Assembly (NCBI GenBank): GCA_031459535.1
Contig: JAVKIJ010000039.1
Coordinates: 1 to 28,021, forward strand
Direction of reading: 5' to 3'
From: Candidatus Fervidifonticultor quintus
GTDB taxonomy: Bacteria > Sysuimicrobiota > Sysuimicrobiia > Sysuimicrobiales > Humicultoraceae
DNA: 28,021 nt
In this document: positions 8,725 to 18,298 of the stretch, one piece after another
How positions within the stretch are numbered: the first letter of the stretch is position 1
How the letters are laid out: every line of letters begins with the position of its first letter
Program-made: the position numbers and the translations under genes
The notes under the pieces: generated by a model
Seen by the model: the letters and a program-made list of their open reading frames with translations, nothing else
Database searches by the model: none
What the model was told of the DNA's origin: nothing

Positions 8725-9774
8725 CTAGACCGCAAGCCAGGGATACCGCGGCTCCCTGTACAGGCGACCGAAGTCGATGCCGCTCTGCACCATGAAGCCC
8801 AAAATCTCGACGAAGTTGCCGTGCAGATCTGCCGGCACGGCGTCGGTGCCCGGGTCGAGGAGTCCGGGGCCGTCGTTGTTGGCCTCTGCTGCCGCGCACA
8901 GGTCGTGGACCCGGCGGTCCACGTCGCGGTCGTGGAGCACCTCCCGTCGGTCGAGTAGCAGGGCCAGGGCGGCTTCGATGCCGTAGGCGCCCCAGTTAGA
9001 GACGGCGGTCAACACCAGGGCGTGGGGCACGAACGCGGGCACCACCGAACCGCCGCACGGGCACTGGCACGTAGCAGCATAGGGCACCTTCGCCACCACC
9101 GTGTCCCGGATCAGCGCACAACCCAGTTCGTTGCCGCCGTCACCGACGCCCAGCGTGTAGGCACCCGCGGCCTTGCCCTTTTCAAACAGCACGTCCACCT
9201 TGGCGCAGTGCTCGGTGAGACGGAATCCCTTGGCTCCGTGGTAGTGCCCATGTTCGTTGGCCCCCGGCCGCTCGATGGCGATCAGGGCCTTCGGGCGGGT
9301 TCGCTCCAGCAGCCGATCGGCCTCTACCGCCGCCCGAGCCCACTCTGTGGGAAAGGCCACCACGGCCGCGGTGGTAGGGAGCTGCAGCGCGTCATCCAGC
9401 CCGCGGGCGTACAGCCCCGCGCCCCGCACCGCAGCCCGGCACATGTCGACATGGATGGGCTCGGTGACGATCACCGGGCGCGCGGCCAGCCCGATCACCA
9501 GCGCCCGGGCCAGCGTGGCGGCGCCCACCGGCCCATCCTGCTCTCCGGAGAACCAGGGATAGGTCGGCAGACCGGTGGCGATGATCACCACGTCGCCCGG
9601 CCCGACGCGCTGCACGAGTTCCCGCGCCGCCGCAAGGCACAGAGGACCTTCGGGCTGCGCCGCGCGCGCCGCCAGGTAGAGATCGCGGACCACTCCACGG
9701 CCGGTGATCTCAATGGTACAGAGGCTGTCGATGGCTTCGCCGACCTTGAGCAGTTTCTCGTCACGATCGGTCAC
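8725..9774 (-). CDS. DUF4392 / D-glutamate cyclase domain protein
   Basis: C-terminal 349 aa of the 510-aa ORF, with a GTG start after GGGGAGGGG. Motifs EQDGPVGA, IAIERPG, GVGDGGNELG, AVSNWGAYG. Confidence 0.8.
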   Translation of the reverse strand: MTDRDEKLLKVGEAIDSLCTIEITGRGVVRDLYLAARAAQPEGPLCLAAARELVQRVGPGDVVIIATGLPTYPWFSGEQDGPVGAATLARALVIGLAARPVIVTEPIHVDMCRAAVRGAGLYARGLDDALQLPTTAAVVAFPTEWARAAVEADRLLERTRPKALIAIERPGANEHGHYHGAKGFRLTEHCAKVDVLFEKGKAAGAYTLGVGDGGNELGCALIRDTVVAKVPYAATCQCPCGGSVVPAFVPHALVLTAVSNWGAYGIEAALALLLDRREVLHDRDVDRRVHDLCAAAEANNDGPGLLDPGTDAVPADLHGNFVEILGFMVQSGIDFGRLYREPRYPWLAV

Positions 9775-10561
9775 GGATCCCCTCCCCAGTGCTCGCCGCT
9801 GACCGCACCGGTCCCTGGGCCTCGACGGTGAACGCGAAGGCATAACGCTCGGGCCGGAATCGCGCCCGTACGAGCTGCGCCGGCCGGCCGCCGGCGCTGA
9901 CGGCGAACTCGGCGACCAGCACCGGGGCGCCGTGCCGCACGCCGAGCAGCCGGGCTTCGTCCCGCCCGGCCGCGCGGGCGGCGATACGGACCCGGGCGTG
10001 GTCGACGCTGAACCCTCTCGCTCGGGCCAGCGACGCCAGGATGCTGGGCGTGGCATAGTCGCGCGGCCGGAGCTGCGCCGCCCAGGTCCGCACGATGTAG
10101 CGATCCTCGATCCACAGCGGCTGGCCGGAGGCGGTCCCCAGGCGACGCAGCCACAGGACTTCCGCGTCTGGCTCGAGGCCCAGCGCCTCCGCCACATCCG
10201 AGGGCGTCGGGATCCACTCCGCCCTGAGCACACGCGCCGCGGGCGTGAAGCCCCCACGCCGAATGTCCGCTTCGAATCCCATCAGGTCCGCCGGGTTCCG
10301 CTCGATCCTGAACTCCACCGATCGCGCCGTGTTCACGAATGTGCCGCGGCCCGGGACGCGGTAGATCAGGTCCTCCTGCACCAGGCGCTCCAGGGCCCGG
10401 CGCACGGTGATGCGACTGACGCCGAAGCGCCGGATCAGGGCCTCCTCCGTGGGTAACGGGATTCCGGCGGGATAGCGGCCCGTGGATAGCTCACTGCGCA
10501 GCAGTGACTCGATCTGGTAGTAGAGCGGCACCGGTGAGCGCCGAGAAACTGTATTTATCAT
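9761..10561 (-). CDS. GntR-family transcriptional regulator, HutC/UTRA subfamily
   Basis: PLYYQI..LPTEEAL..FGVSRITVRRAL..GRGTFV winged HTH, followed by a UTRA-type domain (GFEADI, RRLGTASGQP, RARFRPERY). Start placed at ATG 10561. Confidence 0.92.
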   Translation of the reverse strand: MINTVSRRSPVPLYYQIESLLRSELSTGRYPAGIPLPTEEALIRRFGVSRITVRRALERLVQEDLIYRVPGRGTFVNTARSVEFRIERNPADLMGFEADIRRGGFTPAARVLRAEWIPTPSDVAEALGLEPDAEVLWLRRLGTASGQPLWIEDRYIVRTWAAQLRPRDYATPSILASLARARGFSVDHARVRIAARAAGRDEARLLGVRHGAPVLVAEFAVSAGGRPAQLVRARFRPERYAFAFTVEAQGPVRSAASTGEGIRDRS

Positions 10562-10577
10562 AACAATATTATATTTC
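10553..10577 (-). promoter_or_regulatory. Perfect -10 box (TATAAT, 10568-10573) 6 nt before the gntR ATG, with an overlapping candidate GntR operator
   Basis: AT-rich island reading GAAA-TATAAT-ATTGTT-ATG-ATAAAT on the minus strand, with no RBS. ATTGTTATGATAAAT is an imperfect TGTnTAnACA-like dyad. Confidence 0.6.
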
Positions 10578-10700
10578 AACGACCGCGGGCCGTCCTCCTT
10601 GCTCCGATCCGTCGGCGCAGCCCGCCCCGCGCCTTGCGTTGCCCCGTGTTCGCGCGGCCCTGCGGGGGGACCGGTTCGAACACCTGCCGAAAAGAAAACC

Positions 10701-11738
10701 ATGATGTCCAAAGCGGTCCACGCTACCTACACCGAGATCCTGGAGCAACCCCAAGTCCTGGCCCGCATGCTCACCGAGCAGGCCCGACACGTCGGTGAGG
10801 TGGTCGCCGCCCTGCAGCGGCGGAATCCCTCGCTGGTCGTGTTCGTGGCGCGGGGGACCTCGCACAACGCCGCGATCTATGGCCAGTACCTGGTGGAGAC
10901 CCTGCTGCGCATCCCGACCAGCACCGCCATGCCGTCGGTGACCACGCTCTACGAGCGCACGCCCAACTGGGAGAGCGCAGCGGTGATCGGCATCTCCCAG
11001 TCGGGACGGTCTGTTGATGTCGGCGAGGTCGTGGCCGCCGCGCGGGCGCAGGGGGCGTTGACCGTGGCACTCACCAACGACCCCGCTTCACCCCTGGCCC
11101 AGCACAGCGCCCACGTCCTGCCCCTCTCAGCCGGACCGGAGCGAAGCGTGGCCGCCACCAAGACCTTCACCGCTTCGCTGGCCATGCTGGCCGCGCTGGT
11201 GGTGGGCTGGGGACAGCACCGGGACCTGGCCCGGGCCCTGGCGCGCCTGCCCGATGCCGCCGCAGGCGTCATGGAATTGGACGCGACGATCAGGGCGGTG
11301 GCGAAGAGGTACGCGAAGCGGGATCCCTGGATCGTGACGACCCGCGGTTACATGCTGGGCGTGGCCGACGAGGCAGCCCTCAAGCTCAAGGAGACCGCCT
11401 ACGCCTACGCCGAGTCCATGTCCTCGGCCGAATTGCTGCATGGCCCCATCGCCGCGCTGGACAGGCGAAGCACCGTGATCATCTTGCTGCCGCCGGGACG
11501 CACGGCCCGGGGGCTTGTCGACGTGCGGGTACGCCTGCGCCAGCGCTCGGTACCGACGCTCACCTTCGCGCTCGGGAACGAGCCCGGCGACGTGGCGGTC
11601 AACGCGGGCCTCCCCGAAGCGCTGGCGCCGATTGCCGCCGCGCCGGTGGTGCACCTGTTCGCGTACCACTTCTCGGTGGCCAGAGGCCTGAACCCCGATG
11701 CGCCTAGGGGACTGCGCAAGGTCACGTTGACGCGCTAG
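10701..11738 (+). CDS. Stand-alone double SIS-domain protein (GlmS isomerase-domain-like; candidate glucosamine-6-phosphate deaminase)
   Basis: EILEQP, ARGTSHNA, ISQSGRS, AGPERSVAATKTF, EAALKLKET, ELLHGP, PRGLRKVT. No N-terminal glutamine amidotransferase domain. Confidence 0.88.
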   Translation: MMSKAVHATYTEILEQPQVLARMLTEQARHVGEVVAALQRRNPSLVVFVARGTSHNAAIYGQYLVETLLRIPTSTAMPSVTTLYERTPNWESAAVIGISQSGRSVDVGEVVAAARAQGALTVALTNDPASPLAQHSAHVLPLSAGPERSVAATKTFTASLAMLAALVVGWGQHRDLARALARLPDAAAGVMELDATIRAVAKRYAKRDPWIVTTRGYMLGVADEAALKLKETAYAYAESMSSAELLHGPIAALDRRSTVIILLPPGRTARGLVDVRVRLRQRSVPTLTFALGNEPGDVAVNAGLPEALAPIAAAPVVHLFAYHFSVARGLNPDAPRGLRKVTLTR

Positions 11739-11754
11739 TCGAAATCCCAGGACC

Positions 11755-12732
11755 GTGTCCGATCTCGCCCTCAGGGTGGCCAGCAATCCCATGGCACCGG
11801 TGGTCGCCGCGCGCGCGCTCCAGAAGCGCTACGGGACCCTGGTGGCCGTCGACGGCGTCTCCTTCGAGGTCGGGCCCGGTGAGTGCTTCGGATTCCTGGG
11901 GCCCAACGGCGCCGGCAAGACCACCATCATGAAGATGATCTACTGTGTCCTCCAGCCCACCGCCGGCGAGCTGGCGGTGCTGGGCATGGACGTGCGCCGA
12001 TACCCGCGACAGATCAAGGCGCGCCTGGGCGTCGTGACGCAGGACAACACGCTGGATTCGGCCCTCTCGGTGCGCGAGAACCTACTCATCTTCGCCCGGT
12101 ACTTCGACATCCCCTGGAGCGTGGCGCGGCGGCGCGCCGATGAGCTGCTGGCGTTCGTGGCACTGAGCGAGCGCGGCCGGGACAAGGTCGAAGAGCTCAG
12201 CGGCGGCATGCGCCGCCGCCTCATGATCGCCCGAGCGTTGATGCCGCAGCCGCAGCTGCTGATTCTCGACGAGCCGACCACGGGGCTGGACCCGCAGGCG
12301 CGCCAGCTCACCTGGGAGAAGCTGCGGCAGCTCAAGCGCAGCGGCGTCACGCAGGTGCTCACCACACACTACATGGAGGAAGCCGCGGCGCTGTGCGACC
12401 GGCTGGTCATCATGGACCACGGCCGGATCGTAGCCGAGGGCCGGCCGGCCGACCTGATCGCAGAGCATGTCGGCCGCGAAGTCGTCGAGCTTGGGGGGTT
12501 CGACAACGAGGCTCGGGCGCGCCAGGTGGCCCGGCAGATGGCCGAGGTGGCCGGGGATCTGGTCGAGCAGGCCGAGGCGCACGGCGACCTGGTACTCCTC
12601 TACACCGGGGACGGCGAGGCGTTGCTGCACCGCGTTCGCCAGCGGGCCGTCGCCGTGGAGTCCGCCACCCTGCGCCGGGCCACGTTGGAAGACGTCTTCC
12701 TGCGACTGACAGGGAGGATGCTGCGCGAGTGA
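11755..12732 (+). CDS. ABC-2 exporter ATP-binding protein (NodI/DrrA-like)
   Basis: Walker A GPNGAGKTT, signature LSGGM, Walker B LILDEPTTGLDP, TTHYMEEA, TLEDVFL. The start may be ATG 11791. Confidence 0.92.
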   Translation: MSDLALRVASNPMAPVVAARALQKRYGTLVAVDGVSFEVGPGECFGFLGPNGAGKTTIMKMIYCVLQPTAGELAVLGMDVRRYPRQIKARLGVVTQDNTLDSALSVRENLLIFARYFDIPWSVARRRADELLAFVALSERGRDKVEELSGGMRRRLMIARALMPQPQLLILDEPTTGLDPQARQLTWEKLRQLKRSGVTQVLTTHYMEEAAALCDRLVIMDHGRIVAEGRPADLIAEHVGREVVELGGFDNEARARQVARQMAEVAGDLVEQAEAHGDLVLLYTGDGEALLHRVRQRAVAVESATLRRATLEDVFLRLTGRMLRE

Positions 12733-13499
12733 GGTCCCTGTTCTGGCCCAAGGGCGCGCTGCGGTTCTGGCAGCGCAATGCGTTCATCTTCCGGCGCATT
12801 TTCCCGGAGTCTATCGCCGTCAACTTCCTCGAACCGGTGATCTACCTGCTGGCGATGGGCTTCGGGGTCGGGGCCTACCTGCGCACGGTGGGCGAGCTAC
12901 CCTATCTGACCTTCGTGGCCACCGGCCTGGTCTCCACCGCGGCCATGTTCGGCGCCACCTTCGAGTGCACGTACAACGCCTACGTCCAGATGTACTACGA
13001 GAAGGCCTACGACGGCGCCATCACCACACCGCTGGGCATCGAGGACGTGGTGGTGGGCGAGATCTTCTGGGGGGCGACCCGCAGCGTGCTCTACGGGACC
13101 GTGTTCCTGGTGGTGATCGCCCTGTTCGGGGCCGTGCGGTCGCCGCTGGCCCTGCTGGTGCCGCCGCTATTCCTGCTCTCGGGCCTGATGTTCTCGGTGA
13201 TCGCCATGACCTTTACCGCCATCAACCCCAACATCGACTACTTCACCTTCTACTTCGCCCTGTTCATCACCCCCATGTTCATGTTCGGCGGCATCTTCTT
13301 CCCTCTGGACGCGCTGCCGCGGTGGGTGGGCGCCGTCGCCTGGTGGACGCCCCTTCCGCACGTGGTCAACCTGAGTCGGGCGCTGGCACTGGGGACGCTG
13401 GAGGCGCGCCACCTCTGGGACCTGCTCTGGATCGCAGCTGCCACCGCGGTCCTGTTCCCCTTGCCGGTGGTGCTGATGCGGCGCCGCCTGATCAAGTAA
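12729..13499 (+). CDS. ABC-2 exporter permease (NodJ-like)
   Basis: GTG overlaps the ATPase stop (GTGA). EPVIYLLAMGFG, GEIFWGATRS, ITPMFMFGGIFFP, PLPHVVNLSR; about 6 TM segments. Confidence 0.9.
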   Translation: MRSLFWPKGALRFWQRNAFIFRRIFPESIAVNFLEPVIYLLAMGFGVGAYLRTVGELPYLTFVATGLVSTAAMFGATFECTYNAYVQMYYEKAYDGAITTPLGIEDVVVGEIFWGATRSVLYGTVFLVVIALFGAVRSPLALLVPPLFLLSGLMFSVIAMTFTAINPNIDYFTFYFALFITPMFMFGGIFFPLDALPRWVGAVAWWTPLPHVVNLSRALALGTLEARHLWDLLWIAAATAVLFPLPVVLMRRRLIK

Positions 13500-13532
13500 G
13501 CACCGCCGGATCGGGCCGGCGCCGCATCCGCG

Positions 13533-14558
13533 TCAGTGGAACAACCGTGTCAGCCTGTAGAGTTCCAGATCCAGCTTGTTGCTGCCGGTCAGGGCCTCAT
13601 CGAGACTGACGAGCACGATGTTGGTGCCCCGCAGGGCTGTCATCACACCGGAGTGCCCGGCCTCCAGGGCCTCCACCGCCGCAACGCCGAACCGGGTGGC
13701 CAACACGCGGTCGAAGACCGTGGGCGACCCACCCCGCTGCAGGTGTCCCAGGACGGTGACGCGGGTCTCGTACCCGGTCCGCGCCTCGACTTCCCGCGCC
13801 AGCAGGGCGCCGACGCCGCCCAGCCGAACGTGGCCGAACTCGTCGACCCGGGCATCCTGGGTGATCTGCTGGCCGTAGTCGGACGGTTTGGCCCCCTCGG
13901 CCACGACCACGATGCTGAAGGTCCGGCCCTGCGCGTGACGCTGCCTCACGATCTGGCAGACTTCCTCGATCGAGAACGGTACCTCGGGCACCAGGATCAC
14001 GTCGGCTCCGCCGGCCAGCCCACCGACACCGGCCACCCATCCGGCATCCCGACCCATGGTCTCGATGATCATGACCCGGTGGTGGGCCTCGGCGGTGGTG
14101 TGGAGCCGATCGCAAGCCTCCATGACGATGTTCACCGCCGTGTCGAAGCCGATGGTGTAGTCGGTCCCGGGCACGTCGTTGTCCATGGTCTTGGGGACCC
14201 CGACCACCCTCACGCCCATCTGGGCCAGCTTCCTGGCCACGCTCAACGTATCATCCCCGCCCACGGCGATGATGGCGTCGATCCCGAGAGCCTGGATGGC
14301 CTCGAGCACGCGCTTGCCACCCTCTTCGGTCTTGAAGGGGTTCGTCCTCGACGTGCCCAGCATCGTGCCGCCCCGCGGCAGGATGCCCGAGACGCTGTCG
14401 CGCGTCAGCGGGACGGTGGTCTGGGAGAGCAATCCCAGCCAGCCGTTTCGAATGCCGATCACTTCGTGGCGACCTTCCAACGCCCGGCGAACGATCGCGC
14501 GGATCGCCGCGTTCAACCCGGGCGCGTCGCCACCACCTGTCAGCACTGCAATGCGCAT
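13533..14558 (-). CDS. pfkA: 6-phosphofructokinase (PfkA family), PPi-type signature
   Basis: LTGGGDAPGLNA, GGTMLGTSR, GGDD, PKTMDND, MGR, LGHLQRGG. GAGGAGG RBS. Confidence 0.93.
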   Translation of the reverse strand: MRIAVLTGGGDAPGLNAAIRAIVRRALEGRHEVIGIRNGWLGLLSQTTVPLTRDSVSGILPRGGTMLGTSRTNPFKTEEGGKRVLEAIQALGIDAIIAVGGDDTLSVARKLAQMGVRVVGVPKTMDNDVPGTDYTIGFDTAVNIVMEACDRLHTTAEAHHRVMIIETMGRDAGWVAGVGGLAGGADVILVPEVPFSIEEVCQIVRQRHAQGRTFSIVVVAEGAKPSDYGQQITQDARVDEFGHVRLGGVGALLAREVEARTGYETRVTVLGHLQRGGSPTVFDRVLATRFGVAAVEALEAGHSGVMTALRGTNIVLVSLDEALTGSNKLDLELYRLTRLFH

Positions 14559-14588
14559 CCCCCCACCTCCTCGTGCTCTGCGAGGGCC

Positions 14589-15689
14589 TCAGGCCTCGTC
14601 ACCCATCGCAATGCCCAGCTCGCGGGCGGTCCTGACCAGCGCGCCATCAGGCCGCACGCGTTTGGGCTCAGCAATCCCCTCGGCCATGGGGATGTCTATC
14701 ACGTCAGGGCCGCGGAGCGCGACCATGCGGCCGTGCGCTCCTGCCGCCGCACACTCGACGGCCCGCACGCCGAACCGAGTGGCAAGCAGCCGGTCGAAGG
14801 GCGTCGGGCTTCCCCCGCGCTGGAGATGCCCGAGCACGGTGCACCGGGTCTCGCGCCCGGTGCTCTCGGCCAGGGCGTCCGCCACGCGCTGGCCGATCCC
14901 TCCAAGCCGCGGCAGTTTCCCGGGCGCTGGCGGCTCCTGGTAGACCTGCTCGCCGCCCACGGGCGCGGCGCCCTCGGCGACCACGACGATGGAGAACCGC
15001 CGGCCGCGCGCCGCACGTTCCTCGATGGTCCGGACGACGGCTTCCACGTTGAAGGGAATCTCCGGGATGAGGACGGCGTCCGCGCCACCGGCGATACCGG
15101 ATTCCAGCGCGATCCACCCGGCATTGCGGCCCATGGTCTCGACCACCATGATGCGGTGATGGCTTTCTGCGGTGGTGTGGAGTTTGTCTATGGCCTCGGT
15201 GGCGGTCACCCGGGCGGTGTCGAAGCCGAAGGTGACGTCGGTCCCGGAGATGTCGTTGTCAATGGTTTTGGGGATCCCAATGACTGGCGCGCCCATCCGG
15301 TAGAGCGCATCGGCGATGTGGAGGGTACCGTCGCCGCCGATGATCAGCATGGCATCCAGGTGCAGGGCCTCCAGGCGCTGCAGCACCTCCCGCGAGGCGT
15401 CCACGACCTGCGGCGTGCCGTCGCGAACCACGGGCCAGGCAAACGGATTCCCACGGTTGGTGGTACCAAGGATCGTCCCGCCGTGGGTCAGAATCCCCCG
15501 GACATCGTCGAGGTCCAGGGGCCGCAAGCGGTCGTGCAGCAGGCCGTCGAACCCGTCCTCGACCCCCAGCACTTCCCATCCACTGATACCTACAGCGGAG
15601 AGCACTACGGCGCGGATCACGGCATTCAGGCCCGGGCAGTCTCCCCCGCCGGTCAGGATGCCGATACGCTTGCGCCGGCCTGCGAGCAT
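14589..15689 (-). CDS. pfkA: 6-phosphofructokinase (PfkA family), ATP-type signature
   Basis: LTGGGDCPGLNA, GGTILGTTN, GGDG, PKTIDND, MGR, LGHLQRGG. Confidence 0.93.
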   Translation of the reverse strand: MLAGRRKRIGILTGGGDCPGLNAVIRAVVLSAVGISGWEVLGVEDGFDGLLHDRLRPLDLDDVRGILTHGGTILGTTNRGNPFAWPVVRDGTPQVVDASREVLQRLEALHLDAMLIIGGDGTLHIADALYRMGAPVIGIPKTIDNDISGTDVTFGFDTARVTATEAIDKLHTTAESHHRIMVVETMGRNAGWIALESGIAGGADAVLIPEIPFNVEAVVRTIEERAARGRRFSIVVVAEGAAPVGGEQVYQEPPAPGKLPRLGGIGQRVADALAESTGRETRCTVLGHLQRGGSPTPFDRLLATRFGVRAVECAAAGAHGRMVALRGPDVIDIPMAEGIAEPKRVRPDGALVRTARELGIAMGDEA

Positions 15690-15694
15690 TCACA

Positions 15695-17296
15695 TCACTC
15701 CGTTCTGGGCGCCGCGGCGCGCACCGCGGCTGGCACGTACGGGGCGAACTCCTCGAAGGCCTCGGCGAACATCCGGGCGAGAGCCTTCGTTCGGGCGTCG
15801 AACGCCGCGGCATCCCGCCAGGTGGCCCTGGGCTGCAGGATCTCATCTGGCACGCCTGGCACGCGCTCGGGCACCTCCAAATTGAACACCGGGTCGGGCC
15901 TCCTGGGCACCCGGTCCAGGGCACCTGCGATGGCCGCGCGCACCATGGCCCGCGTGTATGCCAGCCTGATGCGCTCACCTTGGCCGAACGGCCCGCCGGT
16001 CCAGCCGGTGTTGACCAGCCAGACGCTGGCGCCGTGGGCCGTGATGCGCTCGCTCAGCATCTGGGCGTACACGCTGGGCCGCTGGGCCATGAACGGCGCG
16101 CCGAAGCAGGCGCTGAACGTGGCCTGGGGCTCGGTGACCCCTCGCTCCGTTCCCGGGATCTTCGACGTGTAGCCGCACAGGAAGTGGTACATGGCCTGCT
16201 CCGGGGTCAGACGGGCGATGGGCGGCATCACTCCAAAGGCATCCGCCGTCAGGAAAATGATCGCCCGCGGGTGTCCGGCCACGCCGGTGGTCGTGGCGCG
16301 GGGCAGGAAGGTGATCGGATACGCTGCCCGCGTGTTCTCGGTCAGGGTGTCGTCGTCGAGATCGATCCGGCGGCTCTCGGGATCAATGGCGACGTTCTCC
16401 AGCACGGTCCCGAACATGTGGGTGGCCCGGTAGATCTCGGGCTCGCCTTCTGCAGACAAGCGAATCACCTTTGCATAGCAGCCACCCTCGAAGTTGAACA
16501 CGCCATCGGCCGACCAGCCGTGCTCGTCGTCGCCCAACAAGATGCGCTCGGGATCGGTAGACAGCGTGGTCTTGCCGGTGCCGGAGAGCCCAAAGAGCAG
16601 AGCGACATCTCCCCCCGGTCCCACGTTCGCAGAACAGTGCATCGGGAGGACGTCCTGCAGCGGCAGCAGGTAGTTCATGAGCGTGAACACTGACTTCTTG
16701 ATCTCGCCAGCGTACGACGTGCCGCCGATGAGCACCAGCTTCCGGGCCAGGTGCATCAAGATGTAGACCTCACTGCGGGTGCCGTCGGTCTCGGGAATGG
16801 CGTGGAACCGGGGGGTATCGATGATGGTGAATTCAGGGGTGTGTGCGGCCAGCGCCTTGCCGTCGGGCACGATGAACATGGTGCGAGCGAACAGGCTGTG
16901 CCAGGCATACTCGGTGATGACCCGGACGTGCTTCCGGTACCGCGGGTCCGCACCCACGAAGACGTCCTGGACGAACAGCTCCTTGCCCTGGAGGTACGCC
17001 AGCAACCGCCGGTGCAGCCGGTCGAACCCTTCGGGATCGACCGGTTGGTTGTGCCTGCCCCACCAGATGTGGTCCTCGCTGGACGGCTCGCGCACGATGA
17101 ACTTGTCCCGCGGCGAACGCCCGGTGTGATGGCCGGTATGCACCACCAGGGGGCCGCCCGACGCGATCAGCCCCTCCCGGCGCCGGGCCGCGTGCTCGTA
17201 CAGCGCGGGCGGGGTCAGGTTCCACCCCACCATGTCGGCGTGAATCCCGTGCACCTCGAGCCCCACCCGGCTCCGAATGCCTTCCTCAATGACCAT
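15695..17296 (-). CDS. pckA: Phosphoenolpyruvate carboxykinase (ATP)
   Basis: C-terminal 533 aa of the 836-aa [77 protein letters not shown]. Confidence 0.97.
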   Translation of the reverse strand: MVIEEGIRSRVGLEVHGIHADMVGWNLTPPALYEHAARRREGLIASGGPLVVHTGHHTGRSPRDKFIVREPSSEDHIWWGRHNQPVDPEGFDRLHRRLLAYLQGKELFVQDVFVGADPRYRKHVRVITEYAWHSLFARTMFIVPDGKALAAHTPEFTIIDTPRFHAIPETDGTRSEVYILMHLARKLVLIGGTSYAGEIKKSVFTLMNYLLPLQDVLPMHCSANVGPGGDVALLFGLSGTGKTTLSTDPERILLGDDEHGWSADGVFNFEGGCYAKVIRLSAEGEPEIYRATHMFGTVLENVAIDPESRRIDLDDDTLTENTRAAYPITFLPRATTTGVAGHPRAIIFLTADAFGVMPPIARLTPEQAMYHFLCGYTSKIPGTERGVTEPQATFSACFGAPFMAQRPSVYAQMLSERITAHGASVWLVNTGWTGGPFGQGERIRLAYTRAMVRAAIAGALDRVPRRPDPVFNLEVPERVPGVPDEILQPRATWRDAAAFDARTKALARMFAEAFEEFAPYVPAAVRAAAPRTE

Positions 17297-17354
17297 CGTG
17301 CGCCACCCCCGCGCGCAAGAGACCGCTTGGTTTCCCCACTGCCGTACCATATCA

Positions 17355-17383
17355 CCATTCGCCTCCCCCAGCACCTTTCCCCC
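17355..17383 (-). promoter_or_regulatory. Possible alternative-sigma (SigH-like) promoter upstream of pckA
   Basis: Minus strand GGGAAAG-N11-GGC-GAAT resembles the Bacillus SigH consensus AGGAWWW-N11/12-RNNGAAT. Confidence 0.25.
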
Positions 17384-17446
17384 GGGCGCAGGGCGCACGG
17401 GGCATCGTCGCCGAAGGTACGTTGCCAGAAGGGCTCGCGAGGCGAC

Positions 17447-18298
17447 ATGGGGATGATCACGACGAGCTACCATACCCACAGCCGCTACTGTGACGGCAGG
17501 GGCGAGATCGCCGCGTACGCCGACGCGGCGGCCGCCGCCGGGCTGGAAGCCCTGGGCGTCTCCAGCCATTGCCCTCTGCCGTTCCCCGAGCCGTACGCCA
17601 TGCGGGCCGAAGACCTGCCCACCTACTGCCAGGAGGTCACCCGCGTCAAGCAGGCGCATGCCGGCAGGTTGAGGGTGCACCTCTCGCTGGAGATCGACTA
17701 CTTGCCGGAGTACGCCGCCCAGGTGGCGAACATGGTCGCGCCATATCCGTTCGAGTACCTCATCGGGGCGGTACACTTCGTGGGCGTGGATGCCGACGGC
17801 ATCCCGTCTGCTTACGACCTGTCCCGGAAGGGATTCGAGCGCGGGCTGACCGAGTTGTTCGGCGGGGATATCCGCCGCATGGTGGCCGCGTACTATGGGC
17901 GCGTGCGCTCCCTGGCGGAGTGGAACCGCACCGCGATCCTGGGACACCTCGACCGGATCAAGATGTGGAACGCGGGCGACCGGTACTTCGCCGAGACCGA
18001 ACCCTGGTACCGGGGCGAGGTGGAGGCCACCCTCCAAGCGTGTGCGCAGGCGGGCATGATCGTCGAGTTGAACACCTCGGGCTGGCGCCACGCGGTCCGG
18101 GCACCGTACCCGAGCCCGTGGATCCTGCGCCGGTGCCTGGACCTGGACATCCCGCTTGTGGTCACCACCGACGCCCACCATCCCACGCGCGTGACGGAGT
18201 TCCATGCCGAGGCCGCGGCCGTTCTTGAAGACATCGGCTGCACGAAGCTGGCGGTGCTCCGGGACGGGGGCTGGATGCTGGAACCGTTCGTCAGGTAG
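17447..18298 (+). CDS. PHP-family histidinol-phosphatase-like protein (HisJ/HisK type)
   Basis: [42 protein letters not shown] metal-binding motifs. ATG at 17447 or 17453. Confidence 0.87.
   Translation: MGMITTSYHTHSRYCDGRGEIAAYADAAAAAGLEALGVSSHCPLPFPEPYAMRAEDLPTYCQEVTRVKQAHAGRLRVHLSLEIDYLPEYAAQVANMVAPYPFEYLIGAVHFVGVDADGIPSAYDLSRKGFERGLTELFGGDIRRMVAAYYGRVRSLAEWNRTAILGHLDRIKMWNAGDRYFAETEPWYRGEVEATLQACAQAGMIVELNTSGWRHAVRAPYPSPWILRRCLDLDIPLVVTTDAHHPTRVTEFHAEAAAVLEDIGCTKLAVLRDGGWMLEPFVR

Noticed and set aside
10701-11738. glmS call
   Set aside because: It lacks the N-terminal Cys-initiated glutaminase domain.
11755-13499. Nodulation (nodIJ) function
   Set aside because: No nodABC nearby; this ABC-2 exporter family is widespread and its substrate is unknown.
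13504-13521. CGCCGG-N6-CCGGCG hairpin between the convergent permease and pfk genes
   Set aside because: Short GC-only stem with no U-tract; likely to occur by chance.
13536-16172. 878-aa plus-strand ORF
   Set aside because: Antisense to pfk/pfk/pckA with no motifs; stop-poor shadow frames are expected at this GC content.
17297-18205. N-terminal extensions of the pckA ORF, and of the PHP ORF from 16751
   Set aside because: Each extension is the antisense reading of the divergent neighbour; homology starts at 17296 and about 17447.
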